This document shows positions 25,875-35,013 of a stretch of 64,000 nt of DNA, in pieces. This DNA is from an uncultured Anaerolineaceae bacterium. Its GTDB lineage: Bacteria; Chloroflexota; Anaerolineae; Anaerolineales; E44-bin32. The position numbers and the translations under genes are program-made. Numbering within the stretch: the first letter of the stretch is position 1; every line of letters starts with the position of its first letter. The stretch lies in the NCBI GenBank assembly GCA_964492745.1, contig CAZBLT010000004.1, positions 28,668 through 92,667 of the forward strand. Reading direction: 5' to 3'. The notes below the pieces were generated by a model. That model worked only from the letters and a program-made list of their open reading frames with translations, did not search any database and had not been told where the DNA came from.

Positions 25875-27950
25875 ATGAAAGAATATCCCACCGACAAGCT
25901 CCGCAATATCGCCCTGGTTTCACATAGCGGTGGCGGAAAGACCATCCTGGGTGAGGCCATGTTGTTTGTGACCGGTGCCATCACCCGCATGGGCAAGATC
26001 GAGGAGGGCAATACGGTCTCCGACTTCGAGGAGGAGGAGATCCGTCGCAATTTGTCGCTGTCAACCGCCATCCTTCCAGTCGAATTCAAGGACCACAAGC
26101 TTAATCTGCTGGACACGCCCGGCTACACCGATTTCATCGGCGAGGCCATCTCGGCGTTGAGCATCGCTGATGCAGCCGTAGTGCTTGTGGATTCGGTCGC
26201 AGGCGTGGAAGTGGGCACCGAAATCCTCTGGGACTACAGCAACCGCTTTGCGCTTCCGCGCTTCATCGTGATCAGCAAGATGGATCGCGAGAATGCTAAT
26301 TTTCAGGCTGCGCTGGCATCTGTGCAAAATCTACCCACCGAAGCCACCTTCATCCCGGTGCAATTGCCCTGGGGTGAGAAGCAGGACTTCCAGGGGGTCA
26401 TCGACCTGTTCACCATGAAGGCCCGTCCAGGAGAAGGGAAGGACGAGCAGGAAATCCCCGCCGAGCTTCAAGATCAGGCCGAAGAAGCCCGGCTTGCACT
26501 GGTAGAAGCCGCCGCAGAGGGCGACGACGCCTTGCTTGAGAAGTACCTGGAGGGCGGGGAGCTCAGCGCCGAGGAGGTGATGCGCGGCTTCAAGCAGGCG
26601 ATCCTGGCCGGCCGCTTCGTGCCGGTTTTCGTCACCGCCGGCGGCAAGGCCCATGGGGTCTACCCGCTCATGGAAGCCATGGTGGACTTGTTACCCGCAC
26701 CCACAGAAATGAAGCCGAGGGTGGGGCAGGGGCCGCAGGGCGAGGTCGAGATCCAGGCCTCCGACGCGGGGCCATTGGTGGCCTATGTGTGGAAGACCAC
26801 GGCAGATCCCTTCGTTGGCAAGCTGACCTATTTGCGGGTGTTCTCTGGTGTGCTCGAGTCGGACAGCCGTGTCTGGAACCACGCCAAGGAGGCTGAAGAG
26901 CGGCTGGGGACGTTGTATGTGATGCGCGGCAAGGAGCAATTTGGTGTTTCGAAGCTGCACGCAGGGGATATCGGCACCGTGGCTAAACTGGGCGAGGTAG
27001 CGACCGGCGATACGCTGGGTGACAAGGCGGCCGCCATCCAGGTGCTGATGCCGGAATATCCCAGCGCGTTGTACGCCGTGGCAGTCAAGCCCAAGACCCA
27101 GGCTGATTCGACCAAGATCAGCCCCACTTTGACGCGCCTCTGCGAGGAGGATCCGACTCTATCCTGGCATCAGGAAGGCAGCACCAATCAGACCATCCTC
27201 CAGGGCATGGGCGATCAGCATATTGACGTGGCCATCCGCAAGGCAGAGGCCAAATTCCAGGTGGGGCTCAAGACCGAGATCCCCAAGGTACCCTACCGGG
27301 AGACGATCACCAAGGTCGGGCACTCGCAATACCGCCACAAGAAGCAAACTGGCGGGGCGGGCCAATTCGCCGAAGTGCACATGCGAATCGAGCCGCTGGA
27401 GCAGGAAGAGTTCGAGTTCGTGAACGAGGTCTTCGGCGGGGCCATCTCATCCGGTTTCATGCCGGCCATCGAAAAGGGCGTGCGGGGGGTGATGAAATCT
27501 GGGGTGATTGCGGGCTACCCGATCGAGAAAGTCAAGGTGGCCGTCGTGGACGGCAAGGAGCACCCAGTGGACTCGAAGGCCGTGGCGTTCGAGATCGCGG
27601 GACGGGAGGCATTTAAGCTGGCATTCCGTGACGCGGGGCCTGTGCTACTCGAGCCCATTATGAACGTCCGCATCACCGTGCCTGAAGCCAACATGGGCGA
27701 CGTTTTGGGCGACCTGAACACGCGCCGGGCGCGCGTCCAAGGCATGGAGACAGAGCACGGCCGCAGCGTGGTGACGGCTCAGGTTCCGCTGGCGGAGATC
27801 CAGCGCTATACGACTGACCTGCGTTCGATCACTGGCGGCCGTGGCGTGTTCTCCATGGAGCTGAGCCACTATGAGGTGGTTCCGCCCCACGTCGCCGAGG
27901 AGATCGTTGCAGCACGCCAGCGTGAGCTGAGCAAGGAAGAAGCCGGCTAG
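25875..27950 (+). CDS. Elongation factor G paralog (EF-G2-like translational GTPase)
   Basis: 691 aa. The P-loop is SHSGGGKT, G3 is DTPGYTDF and G4 is SKMD (canonical NKMD). EF-G domains II-V are recognisable. The gene is not in an rpsL-rpsG-fusA-tuf context. Confidence 0.85.
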   Translation: MKEYPTDKLRNIALVSHSGGGKTILGEAMLFVTGAITRMGKIEEGNTVSDFEEEEIRRNLSLSTAILPVEFKDHKLNLLDTPGYTDFIGEAISALSIADAAVVLVDSVAGVEVGTEILWDYSNRFALPRFIVISKMDRENANFQAALASVQNLPTEATFIPVQLPWGEKQDFQGVIDLFTMKARPGEGKDEQEIPAELQDQAEEARLALVEAAAEGDDALLEKYLEGGELSAEEVMRGFKQAILAGRFVPVFVTAGGKAHGVYPLMEAMVDLLPAPTEMKPRVGQGPQGEVEIQASDAGPLVAYVWKTTADPFVGKLTYLRVFSGVLESDSRVWNHAKEAEERLGTLYVMRGKEQFGVSKLHAGDIGTVAKLGEVATGDTLGDKAAAIQVLMPEYPSALYAVAVKPKTQADSTKISPTLTRLCEEDPTLSWHQEGSTNQTILQGMGDQHIDVAIRKAEAKFQVGLKTEIPKVPYRETITKVGHSQYRHKKQTGGAGQFAEVHMRIEPLEQEEFEFVNEVFGGAISSGFMPAIEKGVRGVMKSGVIAGYPIEKVKVAVVDGKEHPVDSKAVAFEIAGREAFKLAFRDAGPVLLEPIMNVRITVPEANMGDVLGDLNTRRARVQGMETEHGRSVVTAQVPLAEIQRYTTDLRSITGGRGVFSMELSHYEVVPPHVAEEIVAARQRELSKEEAG

Positions 27951-28006
27951 GGCGAAGGGTGGAGAAAGCGGCTGGAGAGCTGACGCACTGGGCTGTATGG
28001 GCTGAG

Positions 28007-28426
28007 ATGCAGAATTTCCTTTCGCGGCGCATGATCTTGACCCTTGTGGCCACGCTCCTGGGAGCGTGGCTGTCGTTTTCGGGGCTCCAGCTACGTATCC
28101 TCGGGGGCCTGCTCCCGCTTCCGGTCTGGTTGACGCCCCTAGGTGCCAACCCACACGCGCTGCTGCCGGGGTTCGTGCCGGCGAACTGGAAGGATCTGAC
28201 GGCCCTCGCCTGGCCAATGGTCGTCTTGGGCACTTCCTGGGCGGGTGCACTCAGCGGAATCTGGCTCGGTCAAAGGTGGGGCCACCGCGCCGCCGTCCTG
28301 CTGGCCGCTCTATGCCTGCCTTTCTTCTACCTAGGGTCATTATTGGGCCTGATCAGTCTCGGCCTTTTGATCATGCCACCCTTGCGAACAGCGCCAGACG
28401 TCCAACTCTCTGCCAATGAACCCTGA
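28007..28426 (+). CDS. Hypothetical integral membrane protein
   Basis: Four predicted hydrophobic helices. The start is ambiguous: GTG at 27959 in the track or ATG at 28007. Confidence 0.45.
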   Translation: MQNFLSRRMILTLVATLLGAWLSFSGLQLRILGGLLPLPVWLTPLGANPHALLPGFVPANWKDLTALAWPMVVLGTSWAGALSGIWLGQRWGHRAAVLLAALCLPFFYLGSLLGLISLGLLIMPPLRTAPDVQLSANEP

Positions 28427-28793
28427 GTGGGAGCCGCTGGCCTTCGTGGGCGAGGAGATCGAGGTCAGCTTCCGCCAATCCCCACAACTTGAGAAAAAGC
28501 CGCCTGCGCCGGATGCGTTCCGCTGGAGGGGCCAGGTGTTCCATGTGGAAGAATGCCTTCTGGCGTGGCAGGATTTATCGCGCCGCGGCAAGATGGCGAA
28601 GAACATGCGGCCAGCGAATCGGCGCAAGGCTGAGAGAAGGGGATCGTGGGGCGTTGGTCGCTTCTATTACCGAGTGCGCGTCACGGCGGGCCGGTTCTTT
28701 GACATCTACTTCGATCGCGCCCCACAGGAGGCCGGCGACCGTAAGGGTCATTGGTTCATGTGGCGGGAGATGGGGCGAGCCGATCCCGATTGA
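28416..28793 (+). CDS. Conserved hypothetical basic protein (125 aa)
   Basis: Overlaps the previous gene by 11 nt. Contains RWRGQVFHVEE...GRFYYRVRV..GRFFDIYFDR. I cannot place the family with confidence. Confidence 0.55.
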   Translation: MNPEWEPLAFVGEEIEVSFRQSPQLEKKPPAPDAFRWRGQVFHVEECLLAWQDLSRRGKMAKNMRPANRRKAERRGSWGVGRFYYRVRVTAGRFFDIYFDRAPQEAGDRKGHWFMWREMGRADPD

Positions 28794-28808
28794 GCCGATC
28801 CACGGGCC

Positions 28809-29387
28809 CTAGGATTCCTGCTTTCGCTCGATGATCGCCAGCAAGACGGCGGCGGCCAAGGCCAGCCGCGGGTCGAGCCCGCACCCTGGCTTCAAATCGA
28901 TCTCCATCTCATATCGGAAGAGGTGAAAGCGCTGGCGGTAGGTAGCCGCCAGCCCACCCAAACCCACGAAGAGATCGTATCTCTGCGGCAGCAGCGAACC
29001 GAGCAGGAAGCGTCGCATCAAAGCCAGCCCCTGGCTCTCCTCTTGGAGGACGCCAATCTGCGCCTCGGTCGAATCGAGGATCTCCCAGGTGTCCCGAAGC
29101 ATCGAGCGCCATCCCCGCCGTCGCAGGATCCCGACCGGCGTGCCGCTGAGCGTGTCGGACACGTCATACGCGGCAGAAAAATCGAGAATCTGCCGGGCAT
29201 GAATGCCTAGCACCTGGCGCTGCTTGGCCTCATCCTCATAGACGCGGATATCCTCGCGCAGGCGGAACATCTTCTGTTCAGAGTAGAGCACGAGCTGACC
29301 GGCTGGATCGAAGATGCGCACTTTGCCGGTTAGCGCCAGCACCTGCCGCTTGAGGAGATATCGTGAATGGGAAAACGCTGGATGCAT
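28809..29387 (-). CDS. Scramblase/LURP-one-related (tubby C-terminal-like fold) family protein
   Basis: 192 aa. YLLKRQVLALTGKVRIFDPAGQLVLYSEQKMFRLREDIRVY... matches the LOR/scramblase beta-barrel pattern, and there is a C-terminal hydrophobic helix. Confidence 0.55.
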   Translation of the reverse strand: MHPAFSHSRYLLKRQVLALTGKVRIFDPAGQLVLYSEQKMFRLREDIRVYEDEAKQRQVLGIHARQILDFSAAYDVSDTLSGTPVGILRRRGWRSMLRDTWEILDSTEAQIGVLQEESQGLALMRRFLLGSLLPQRYDLFVGLGGLAATYRQRFHLFRYEMEIDLKPGCGLDPRLALAAAVLLAIIERKQES

Positions 29388-29411
29388 GATGCCAATCTCC
29401 TGGGTGAGTGT

Positions 29412-30401
29412 TCAGCTTCGAGAACGGCTGAGCCGCAGCGCGGCGAACAGTCGCGGGGCTAGGTACGCGACCCACAGGCCCACTGCCGCATAGCGGATAT
29501 AACGGAGTGCCAGGGAGAGTGGGTCCTCCCCGGAGGGAAAGATGGCTCTCAGCCCGAGATAGATCGCCAGCAGGCCCAAGAGCCCCAGCAGATAGCGGGC
29601 GGCATACTGACCGAGGCTGCCCCGGGTGTTGAACCCGCCCCAGGCATACAGCAAGGCCGCGCCGGCACACAATCCGAAGAGGGTTCCGGAGGTTGTAAGG
29701 ATGCCCTTAGGGCTGAGGGGCGCAATCGGCTCGCTGCCGGGCGCGGCGCGGGCCGCTTGTTCGATCCACGCCCCTGGCAGCGGCCTGGCGGGCGAGTTGG
29801 CCCAGGCGAGCAGGCCAAGCGCGAGCAGCAAGAGTGAGACGCCAAAGGAGAGCAGGATGAGCTGGCCCGTCTTCATTCGTCGCAGCCGCAAAGCGACGGG
29901 ACGCTCCAGGCCCAGGAAGGCGGCCAGCAAGAGCCCGCCCACGAGCCAGCCCGCAAGCGTATCTGCGGGGAAGTGGACCCCCAAATACGGGCGAGAGATG
30001 GAGATGAGTAGGATGAGCAGGCCCAGGGTGATCGTGACCCAGCCTCTGCGGGTCCAGGCGGCCAGCCGGCCCCAGATGGCCAGGGAGGTCTGGGCATGCC
30101 CGGATGGCAGCCCGAAGGATGTGTCCGCGCTAAGCGCCCGGATCTTGTTGTTGACCCAATACGGGCGGGGAAGTCCGAAGGCCATCTTTAAGGCCTCATT
30201 CAGGCCTCCACTCACCAAGAGGATTAGCCCGATGCGGATACCAAGTCCCACATCCAAGCACCACAGGAATAACGGCAGAACCAGCAGGTAGAAATTCTCG
30301 GTTCCCAGGAAGGTAAAGAACTTCATCAGAGGCGTCAGGCCATCACCGAGGCCCTGGAGCCAGGCGATGATCGGGATTCCCCAATCGAGCAAGGTATGCA
30401 T
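29412..30401 (-). CDS. PAP2 superfamily phosphatase (membrane)
   Basis: The motifs KMAFGLPRP, PSGHAQ and SRPYLGVHFPADTLAG correspond to PAP2 motifs C1-C3. Extra C-terminal TM helices are present. Confidence 0.8.
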   Translation of the reverse strand: MHTLLDWGIPIIAWLQGLGDGLTPLMKFFTFLGTENFYLLVLPLFLWCLDVGLGIRIGLILLVSGGLNEALKMAFGLPRPYWVNNKIRALSADTSFGLPSGHAQTSLAIWGRLAAWTRRGWVTITLGLLILLISISRPYLGVHFPADTLAGWLVGGLLLAAFLGLERPVALRLRRMKTGQLILLSFGVSLLLLALGLLAWANSPARPLPGAWIEQAARAAPGSEPIAPLSPKGILTTSGTLFGLCAGAALLYAWGGFNTRGSLGQYAARYLLGLLGLLAIYLGLRAIFPSGEDPLSLALRYIRYAAVGLWVAYLAPRLFAALRLSRSRS

Positions 30402-30413
30402 GCTGTCACCTCC

Positions 30414-31196
30414 TCATCGCGGGCCGGGAGCGTGCTCGATCTGCCGCTGGACGAATGCCGAGGCCAGGGCGAATACCTGCTGCCGGGCGGCATCGCAGGT
30501 GATGATGTGATTGCTGCCGTCCACCCAGGCCAACTGCTTTTCGCTGCTTCCCAAATGGGCCAGGATCCGCTCGGGATGGCTGGGCGGGATGAAGCCATCC
30601 TGCCGGGAGTGGATCAGAAGAACGGGCACATGGATCTCGGGGAGGGCGCGCTCGAATCGTCGCGCCAAGAGAGCGAACTCAGGCACGGCCCGCAAGGGGT
30701 AGGCGCCGTAGGCGACGCGGGCTGCCCCGGCTTGCGGCTCGTACCAATCGGGGGGGCCTTTGGGGTAAGATGGGAACAGCAGGCTGAGCGGCCGCAGAAA
30801 GGGCGCGAGCAGCCGCACGGCGGGCAGGGGGGGCAGCTCGATGGGCGTGGCCATGGACACAACGCCTGCCAGCTCTTGGGTGCGTGACAGCAGCAGGCTC
30901 AAAACTCCGCCGGTTGAGAGGCCCATAGCAAAGATCGTTTCGCAAGTCCCCCGCAGCCAGTGGTAGCCATCCTCCACCGAAGCCATCCAATCTTGCCACC
31001 GAGACCGGGCCATATCCTCCAGCCGTGTGCCGTGGCCTGCAAGCCGTACGCCGAGGACGGAGTGTCCCCGATCGGCGAGGTGTTCGCCGAGCTCCCGAAC
31101 CTCCTGTGGGCTGGCGGTGAAGCCATGGGTGAGCAGGCAGCCCACAGGGCCGCCGGGCAGGTAGAAGGGTTCTGCGCCAGGCATGAGCCGGCTCAT
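30414..31196 (-). CDS. Alpha/beta hydrolase (carboxylesterase/monoacylglycerol-lipase-like)
   Basis: HGFTASP, nucleophile elbow GLSTGG, and a C-terminal SNHIIT catalytic His region. Confidence 0.8.
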   Translation of the reverse strand: MSRLMPGAEPFYLPGGPVGCLLTHGFTASPQEVRELGEHLADRGHSVLGVRLAGHGTRLEDMARSRWQDWMASVEDGYHWLRGTCETIFAMGLSTGGVLSLLLSRTQELAGVVSMATPIELPPLPAVRLLAPFLRPLSLLFPSYPKGPPDWYEPQAGAARVAYGAYPLRAVPEFALLARRFERALPEIHVPVLLIHSRQDGFIPPSHPERILAHLGSSEKQLAWVDGSNHIITCDAARQQVFALASAFVQRQIEHAPGPR

Positions 31197-31963
31197 GCGG
31201 TCCCCTCCTCGACATGGCGCGCAAATCCGGCGACCAGGTTGAACACCTGCTCGCGTTCGGCGTCACGCGGCAGGTTATGGCCGCTGTGCTCGAGGAGCAC
31301 GAGTTCCTTTCGCTCGCTGCCTATCTGCTCAAGGATGATGTTCCCCTGTTCGAAGGGGACCACGCCGTCCCCCTTGGAGTAGATCAACAAGGCAGGGGCT
31401 TGGATCTTAGGCAGCGATGCGCGCATGCAGGCGATGAGATCGTGCACTTCGGCGATGGCCCTCACAGGCTGCACCGGGTAGTGGACATTCAGCGCCTCGG
31501 CTTCCTTGTCCTGCCAATCGGAGGGCTCAGTCGGAACCCGGTATCGCCAGACGAGGCTCAGAGCGGGCAGGATCGGACGCAGGCGTTCGGCCAGGCTGGG
31601 CAGCCGGTAGGGGGCCGCCATCGCCACCACGCCCGCCACCGGCAGGCAGCTTGCCATGGTGAGCGCCAGCGTGCCGCCCAGCGATAGGCCGACGAGGATA
31701 ACCCGCTCGCAGGCGCCTCGCAGGATATGGTAGCCATCCTCGACATCGGCCATCCAATCCCGCTTGCGAGCCCGGATCAGATCCTTGGGGTGAGTGGCGT
31801 GGCCGAACAGGCGGATGCCGAGGGCCGTGAAGCCTTGGCGGCCCAGGTGGCTTCCCAGCCAGCGCATCTCCTCGGGCGCGCCCGGGAAACCATGGATTAG
31901 CAGGCAGCCGGTCTCGCCGCCCGGGATCAAGAAGGGCTCGCCGCGTTCCACCAGGATCTTCAT
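31193..31963 (-). CDS. Alpha/beta hydrolase, tandem paralog of the downstream gene
   Basis: HGFPGAP, GLSLGG and SGHNLP motifs. The start is trimmed to MKILVERGEPF (31963). It overlaps the next gene by 4 nt. Confidence 0.8.
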   Translation of the reverse strand: MKILVERGEPFLIPGGETGCLLIHGFPGAPEEMRWLGSHLGRQGFTALGIRLFGHATHPKDLIRARKRDWMADVEDGYHILRGACERVILVGLSLGGTLALTMASCLPVAGVVAMAAPYRLPSLAERLRPILPALSLVWRYRVPTEPSDWQDKEAEALNVHYPVQPVRAIAEVHDLIACMRASLPKIQAPALLIYSKGDGVVPFEQGNIILEQIGSERKELVLLEHSGHNLPRDAEREQVFNLVAGFARHVEEGTA

Positions 31964-33066
31964 GCGATCGGCTTCAGTTCGCGCTCGAGCACGCTCAGGC
32001 ATTCATGTCCCTCCGGCGTGATAACCACATCATCCTCGATGCGGACGCCGCCCAACTCTTGGAGGTAGATTCCGGGCTCAACGGTGAAGGCCATGCCTGG
32101 GTCCAGGGCCTGCGTGTTGCCCTGGACAATGTAGGGCGCCTCGTGAGCTTCCATGCCGATCCCGTGGCCGGTGCGGTGGGTGAAGTGCGGGCCGTAGCCC
32201 GCCGCTTCGATGATGCTTCGGGCTGCCTTGTCGACCGACTCGCAAGTGGCCCCGGGCTGGCTGGCCTCCCGGCCGGCTTGGTTTGCGCGCAAGACGATCC
32301 CGTGGATCTCTTGGAGTTTCGCGTCGACCTCGCCCAGCGCGAAGACACGCGTCAAGTCGGAAACATACCCCTCCCAACGGGCACCCCAGTCGATCAATAG
32401 CAAATCCCCGGCTTGGAGCGGCCGCTCGGAAGGGACCGCGTGGGGCAGGGCGCTGTTGGGACCGGCGGCGACGATGGGCTCAAAGGGTAGCTCCCCCTGC
32501 GAGCCTGCACGCAGCAATTGGACCATCAACTCGGAGGCCAGCTCACGCTCGGTCATCCCGATTCTCACTAGGGGTAGCGTCTCCAGGAGAGCCTTCTCGG
32601 CGATCCTCACGGCCCGGCGCATCGCGGCGATCTCCACTTCTTCTTTTCGGACCCGCAGGCTCGAAAGAACAGCGGAGGCGTCCCGGAACTGACCTTCCGG
32701 GGCGGCTTCTAGAAGGAGCTGGGATTCATAGAAGCGCATCCCTAAAGGTTCGACGCCGATCCGGCCGCGCTCGAGGCTCAAGGCCTTGATGGCTGCGCGC
32801 AGGGCGGGCAGCCGCTCCTGATCTTGCTCGCCATAGGTATGCAGATGGAGCATCAGTGGGCATTCGTCGGCCTTGGAGCGCTCGAAATCTGGCAGGACCA
32901 AATGCGCTGCGCCCTTGGCACTGAAAAGCCCAATCATCGGCCGCTCCATCAGGTGGAATTGAAGGGCCGTGAGGTAGGTCAGGGTGGGGCCTGGGATCAG
33001 AGCGACGGCGTCGAGGCCCTCGGCCTGGAGAGCTTGCCCCAGACGAGTGATACGGTCATCAAGCAT
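31960..33066 (-). CDS. Xaa-Pro aminopeptidase (M24B)
   Basis: DLLLIDWGARWEGYVSDLTR, HRTGHGIGMEAHE and TVEPGIY...GGVRIEDDV are M24B metal-ligand motifs. The start is trimmed to the ATG at 33066. Confidence 0.85.
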   Translation of the reverse strand: MLDDRITRLGQALQAEGLDAVALIPGPTLTYLTALQFHLMERPMIGLFSAKGAAHLVLPDFERSKADECPLMLHLHTYGEQDQERLPALRAAIKALSLERGRIGVEPLGMRFYESQLLLEAAPEGQFRDASAVLSSLRVRKEEVEIAAMRRAVRIAEKALLETLPLVRIGMTERELASELMVQLLRAGSQGELPFEPIVAAGPNSALPHAVPSERPLQAGDLLLIDWGARWEGYVSDLTRVFALGEVDAKLQEIHGIVLRANQAGREASQPGATCESVDKAARSIIEAAGYGPHFTHRTGHGIGMEAHEAPYIVQGNTQALDPGMAFTVEPGIYLQELGGVRIEDDVVITPEGHECLSVLERELKPIA

Positions 33067-33180
33067 GCAGGCCTCCGTTAGCTTGAACGCATTATAGCCA
33101 TGCCCCGGGGAGCGGCACAATCTGGAAACACATCGATGCCAGCCTTCCTACCGCTGTGGTAGGCGGAAAATAGCGGTGCG

Positions 33181-34335
33181 CTATCTGCGGTTAGCTGGGT
33201 CTGGCGACTGCGGCGCCTGCGGACTTGATCGCTGCTGGAAGCGAGCCGCAAAGAACATGGCACAAGCTATGAGGATCAAGCTGGCTGGGTAGGGAAGCGC
33301 TGGATGGCGCTGGAAGAGCAAGCCCGCAACGGGAGGCGCCAGGACCAATGAGAGCGCCCCGGCGGTTTCCATCAAGCCGTAGGCCGCACCCAACCGGTCC
33401 GGTGGAGCAACCTGTTCCGAGAGAGCCAGGATGAGGTTGCGGGCCACACGGAACCCTCCCGCCAGGAAATATCCCATGCCGAACCAGACCGCCGCCGAGC
33501 CCTGCCAGAGCGCCAGGATCGAGGCGGCGACAAGAAGCTGGGATGCAAGCAAGCCGGACAGCGCGTTGGCCCCGCCGAGTGTCAAATTCAAGATCACCAT
33601 ACCCAGCGCATTCAGGGCGCCAAAGAGGCCAATCTGGGTCAAGGGCACTTGGTGCACCTGACGGAGGTAGTTGGGCGTCAGAGGCCAACTCAGGTACAGT
33701 GCAAACATAGAGAAGAAGGCCAGGCCAGCCACGCGGCTGAATGCGGACGATCGAAGCAGGCCGAGCGCGGGCCGGCGCGACTGGTTTTCTTGAAGCGGGT
33801 GCTCGCGTGTGAGGAGAACCATCAGGCTGGAGAACAAGAAGGCAAGGCTGGCGAGTCCGAAGTTAGCGCGAGTTCCCAGGTGTTCGGCGATCAGCCCGCC
33901 TGCCGCGGCGCCAATCACGCCGCCCAAGTTGAACATAGCGCTCACAGAGGTAAGGGCGCGGGCGGTGCTCCAATGCTGCCGTGCGGCGGTGATGTAGCGG
34001 TTCAGCGGTGCCATCACGAAACTTGTGAAATGGTAAAGCAGGAGCCCGCCCACGAATGGCACCAGGCTTCGGGAGACGAACATCAGGACTGCAGCCAGCA
34101 AGCCTGAAGCCCAGCCCGCAATCATTAGTTTCCTGCTGCCTAGTCGGTCTGCCAAGGCCCCCGCGGGGATATGCGTCAGCATCATCGCCAGCCCGGCCAG
34201 GCCTAAGATACCGCCGATCCAGGCGGGATCCGCGCCCAACTCGGCCAAATAGAGCGGGATCAGGTAGAAGAAGAGTGCTTCGCCGAACCCCCAGGCGAGA
34301 AGTGAGATGGAAACCAGACGGAGATCGCGGCTCAT
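33181..34335 (-). CDS. MFS transporter
   Basis: About 12 TM helices with a GALADRLGSRK-type motif between TM2 and TM3. The start is trimmed to MSRDLRLVSISLLAWGF (34335). Confidence 0.8.
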   Translation of the reverse strand: MSRDLRLVSISLLAWGFGEALFFYLIPLYLAELGADPAWIGGILGLAGLAMMLTHIPAGALADRLGSRKLMIAGWASGLLAAVLMFVSRSLVPFVGGLLLYHFTSFVMAPLNRYITAARQHWSTARALTSVSAMFNLGGVIGAAAGGLIAEHLGTRANFGLASLAFLFSSLMVLLTREHPLQENQSRRPALGLLRSSAFSRVAGLAFFSMFALYLSWPLTPNYLRQVHQVPLTQIGLFGALNALGMVILNLTLGGANALSGLLASQLLVAASILALWQGSAAVWFGMGYFLAGGFRVARNLILALSEQVAPPDRLGAAYGLMETAGALSLVLAPPVAGLLFQRHPALPYPASLILIACAMFFAARFQQRSSPQAPQSPDPANRR

Positions 34336-34529
34336 GGCAGCGGCACCTCCGCGCATCGCCGGCCAAGCTGGGCCCCGGATGGTTTGCGGGCAGGTGGGCG
34401 AGGGGCAGGTGTCGCAGTCATTGTGGAGCTCCCGTCGCGGTGCAGCGGTATGGGTGCCGTCGCAACCTGCATCTAAGGATAATGGAGAAACCCTCATTCG
34501 CACAGAGTAGCCATGGGCACCCGCTCACC

Positions 34530-34559
34530 TTGACACCATTCATCGCCATTGGGTACAAT
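34530..34559 (+). promoter_or_regulatory. Near-consensus sigma70 promoter (TTGACA-N18-TACAAT) driving the tRNA-Ala pair
   Basis: TTGACA at 34530-34535 and TACAAT at 34554-34559. The first tRNA starts about 16 nt downstream of the -10 box. Confidence 0.6.
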
Positions 34560-34574
34560 GCGTCCACCCTGCGG

Positions 34575-34647
34575 GGGCCTGTGGCGCAGTTGGGAGCGCG
34601 CATCAATCGCACTGATGAGGTCGCGGGTTCGAATCCCGCCAGGTCCA
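34575..34647 (+). tRNA. tRNA-Ala (anticodon CGC)
   Basis: Manual cloverleaf: acceptor GGGCCTG/CAGGTCC with the G3:U70 Ala identity pair, D-arm GCGC-AGTTGGGA-GCGC, anticodon arm CATCA-ATCGCAC-TGATG and T-arm GCGGG-TTCGAAT-CCCGC. The discriminator is A and no CCA is encoded. Confidence 0.9.
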
Positions 34648-34656
34648 CTCGAGCAA

Positions 34657-34732
34657 GGGCCCATGGCGCAGCTGGGAGCGCGTCTCAATGGCATTGAGAA
34701 GGTCGTGGGTTCGAATCCCACTGGGTCCACCA
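34657..34732 (+). tRNA. tRNA-Ala (anticodon GGC), CCA encoded
   Basis: Acceptor GGGCCCA/TGGGTCC with G3:U70, anticodon arm TCTCA-ATGGCAT-TGAGA and T-arm GTGGG-TTCGAAT-CCCAC, followed by ACCA. Confidence 0.9.
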
Positions 34733-34755
34733 AAGACAACCGCATATGCGGCCAG

Positions 34756-35013
34756 GGCAGGAGTAGTAGGCCAACCGTCAGCGAGCCGGGGAGGGTGAGA
34801 GCCCGGCGAGGTGCCCACGGTGCACTGCAACCCGGCCGGGGTGCAACGCGGCTGAACTCGCCTGCCGTCCTTATATGAGGACAGGCCCCCTCGGTGAATC
34901 CAGTAGCCGGGGGCGGGATCGCCCGTTAGCGCGCCGAGCGGTCTGGTGGATACCAGACAAGCAGGGTGGTACCGCGGAGCCCCCTTCGTCCCTGTGAAGG
35001 CGAGGGGGGTTTT
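34756..35013 (+). promoter_or_regulatory. T-box leader (tRNA-Leu-responsive) with intrinsic terminator, upstream of leuS
   Basis: Stem I base is GGCAGG (34756-61) paired with CCTGCC (34861-66), with AGTAGTA/TGAA S-turn-like elements. The candidate specifier is CTC (Leu) at 34857-59. A GGTGAGAG AG-bulge-like element and Stem III (GTCTGGT-GGAT-ACCAGAC, 34941-58) are present. The conserved T-box AAGCAGGGTGGTACCGCGG lies at 34959-77. The terminator is CCCCCTTCG...CGAGGGGGG-TTTT at 34980-35013. Confidence 0.85.

Noticed and set aside
25875-27950. EF-G paralog as the Sec-specific elongation factor SelB
   Set aside because: It has full EF-G domain architecture (691 aa, domains IV/V) rather than EF-Tu-like domains plus C-terminal winged helices. 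I call it an EF-G2-like factor instead. No selA, selB or selD is visible in this window.
34575-34732. Possibility that one of the tRNAs is tRNA-Sec (selC), given three Sec candidates
   Set aside because: Both are 73-nt class I tRNAs with 7/5 acceptor/T stems, a short variable loop, anticodons CGC and GGC, and the G3:U70 alanine identity pair. Neither has a UCA anticodon or a long extra arm.
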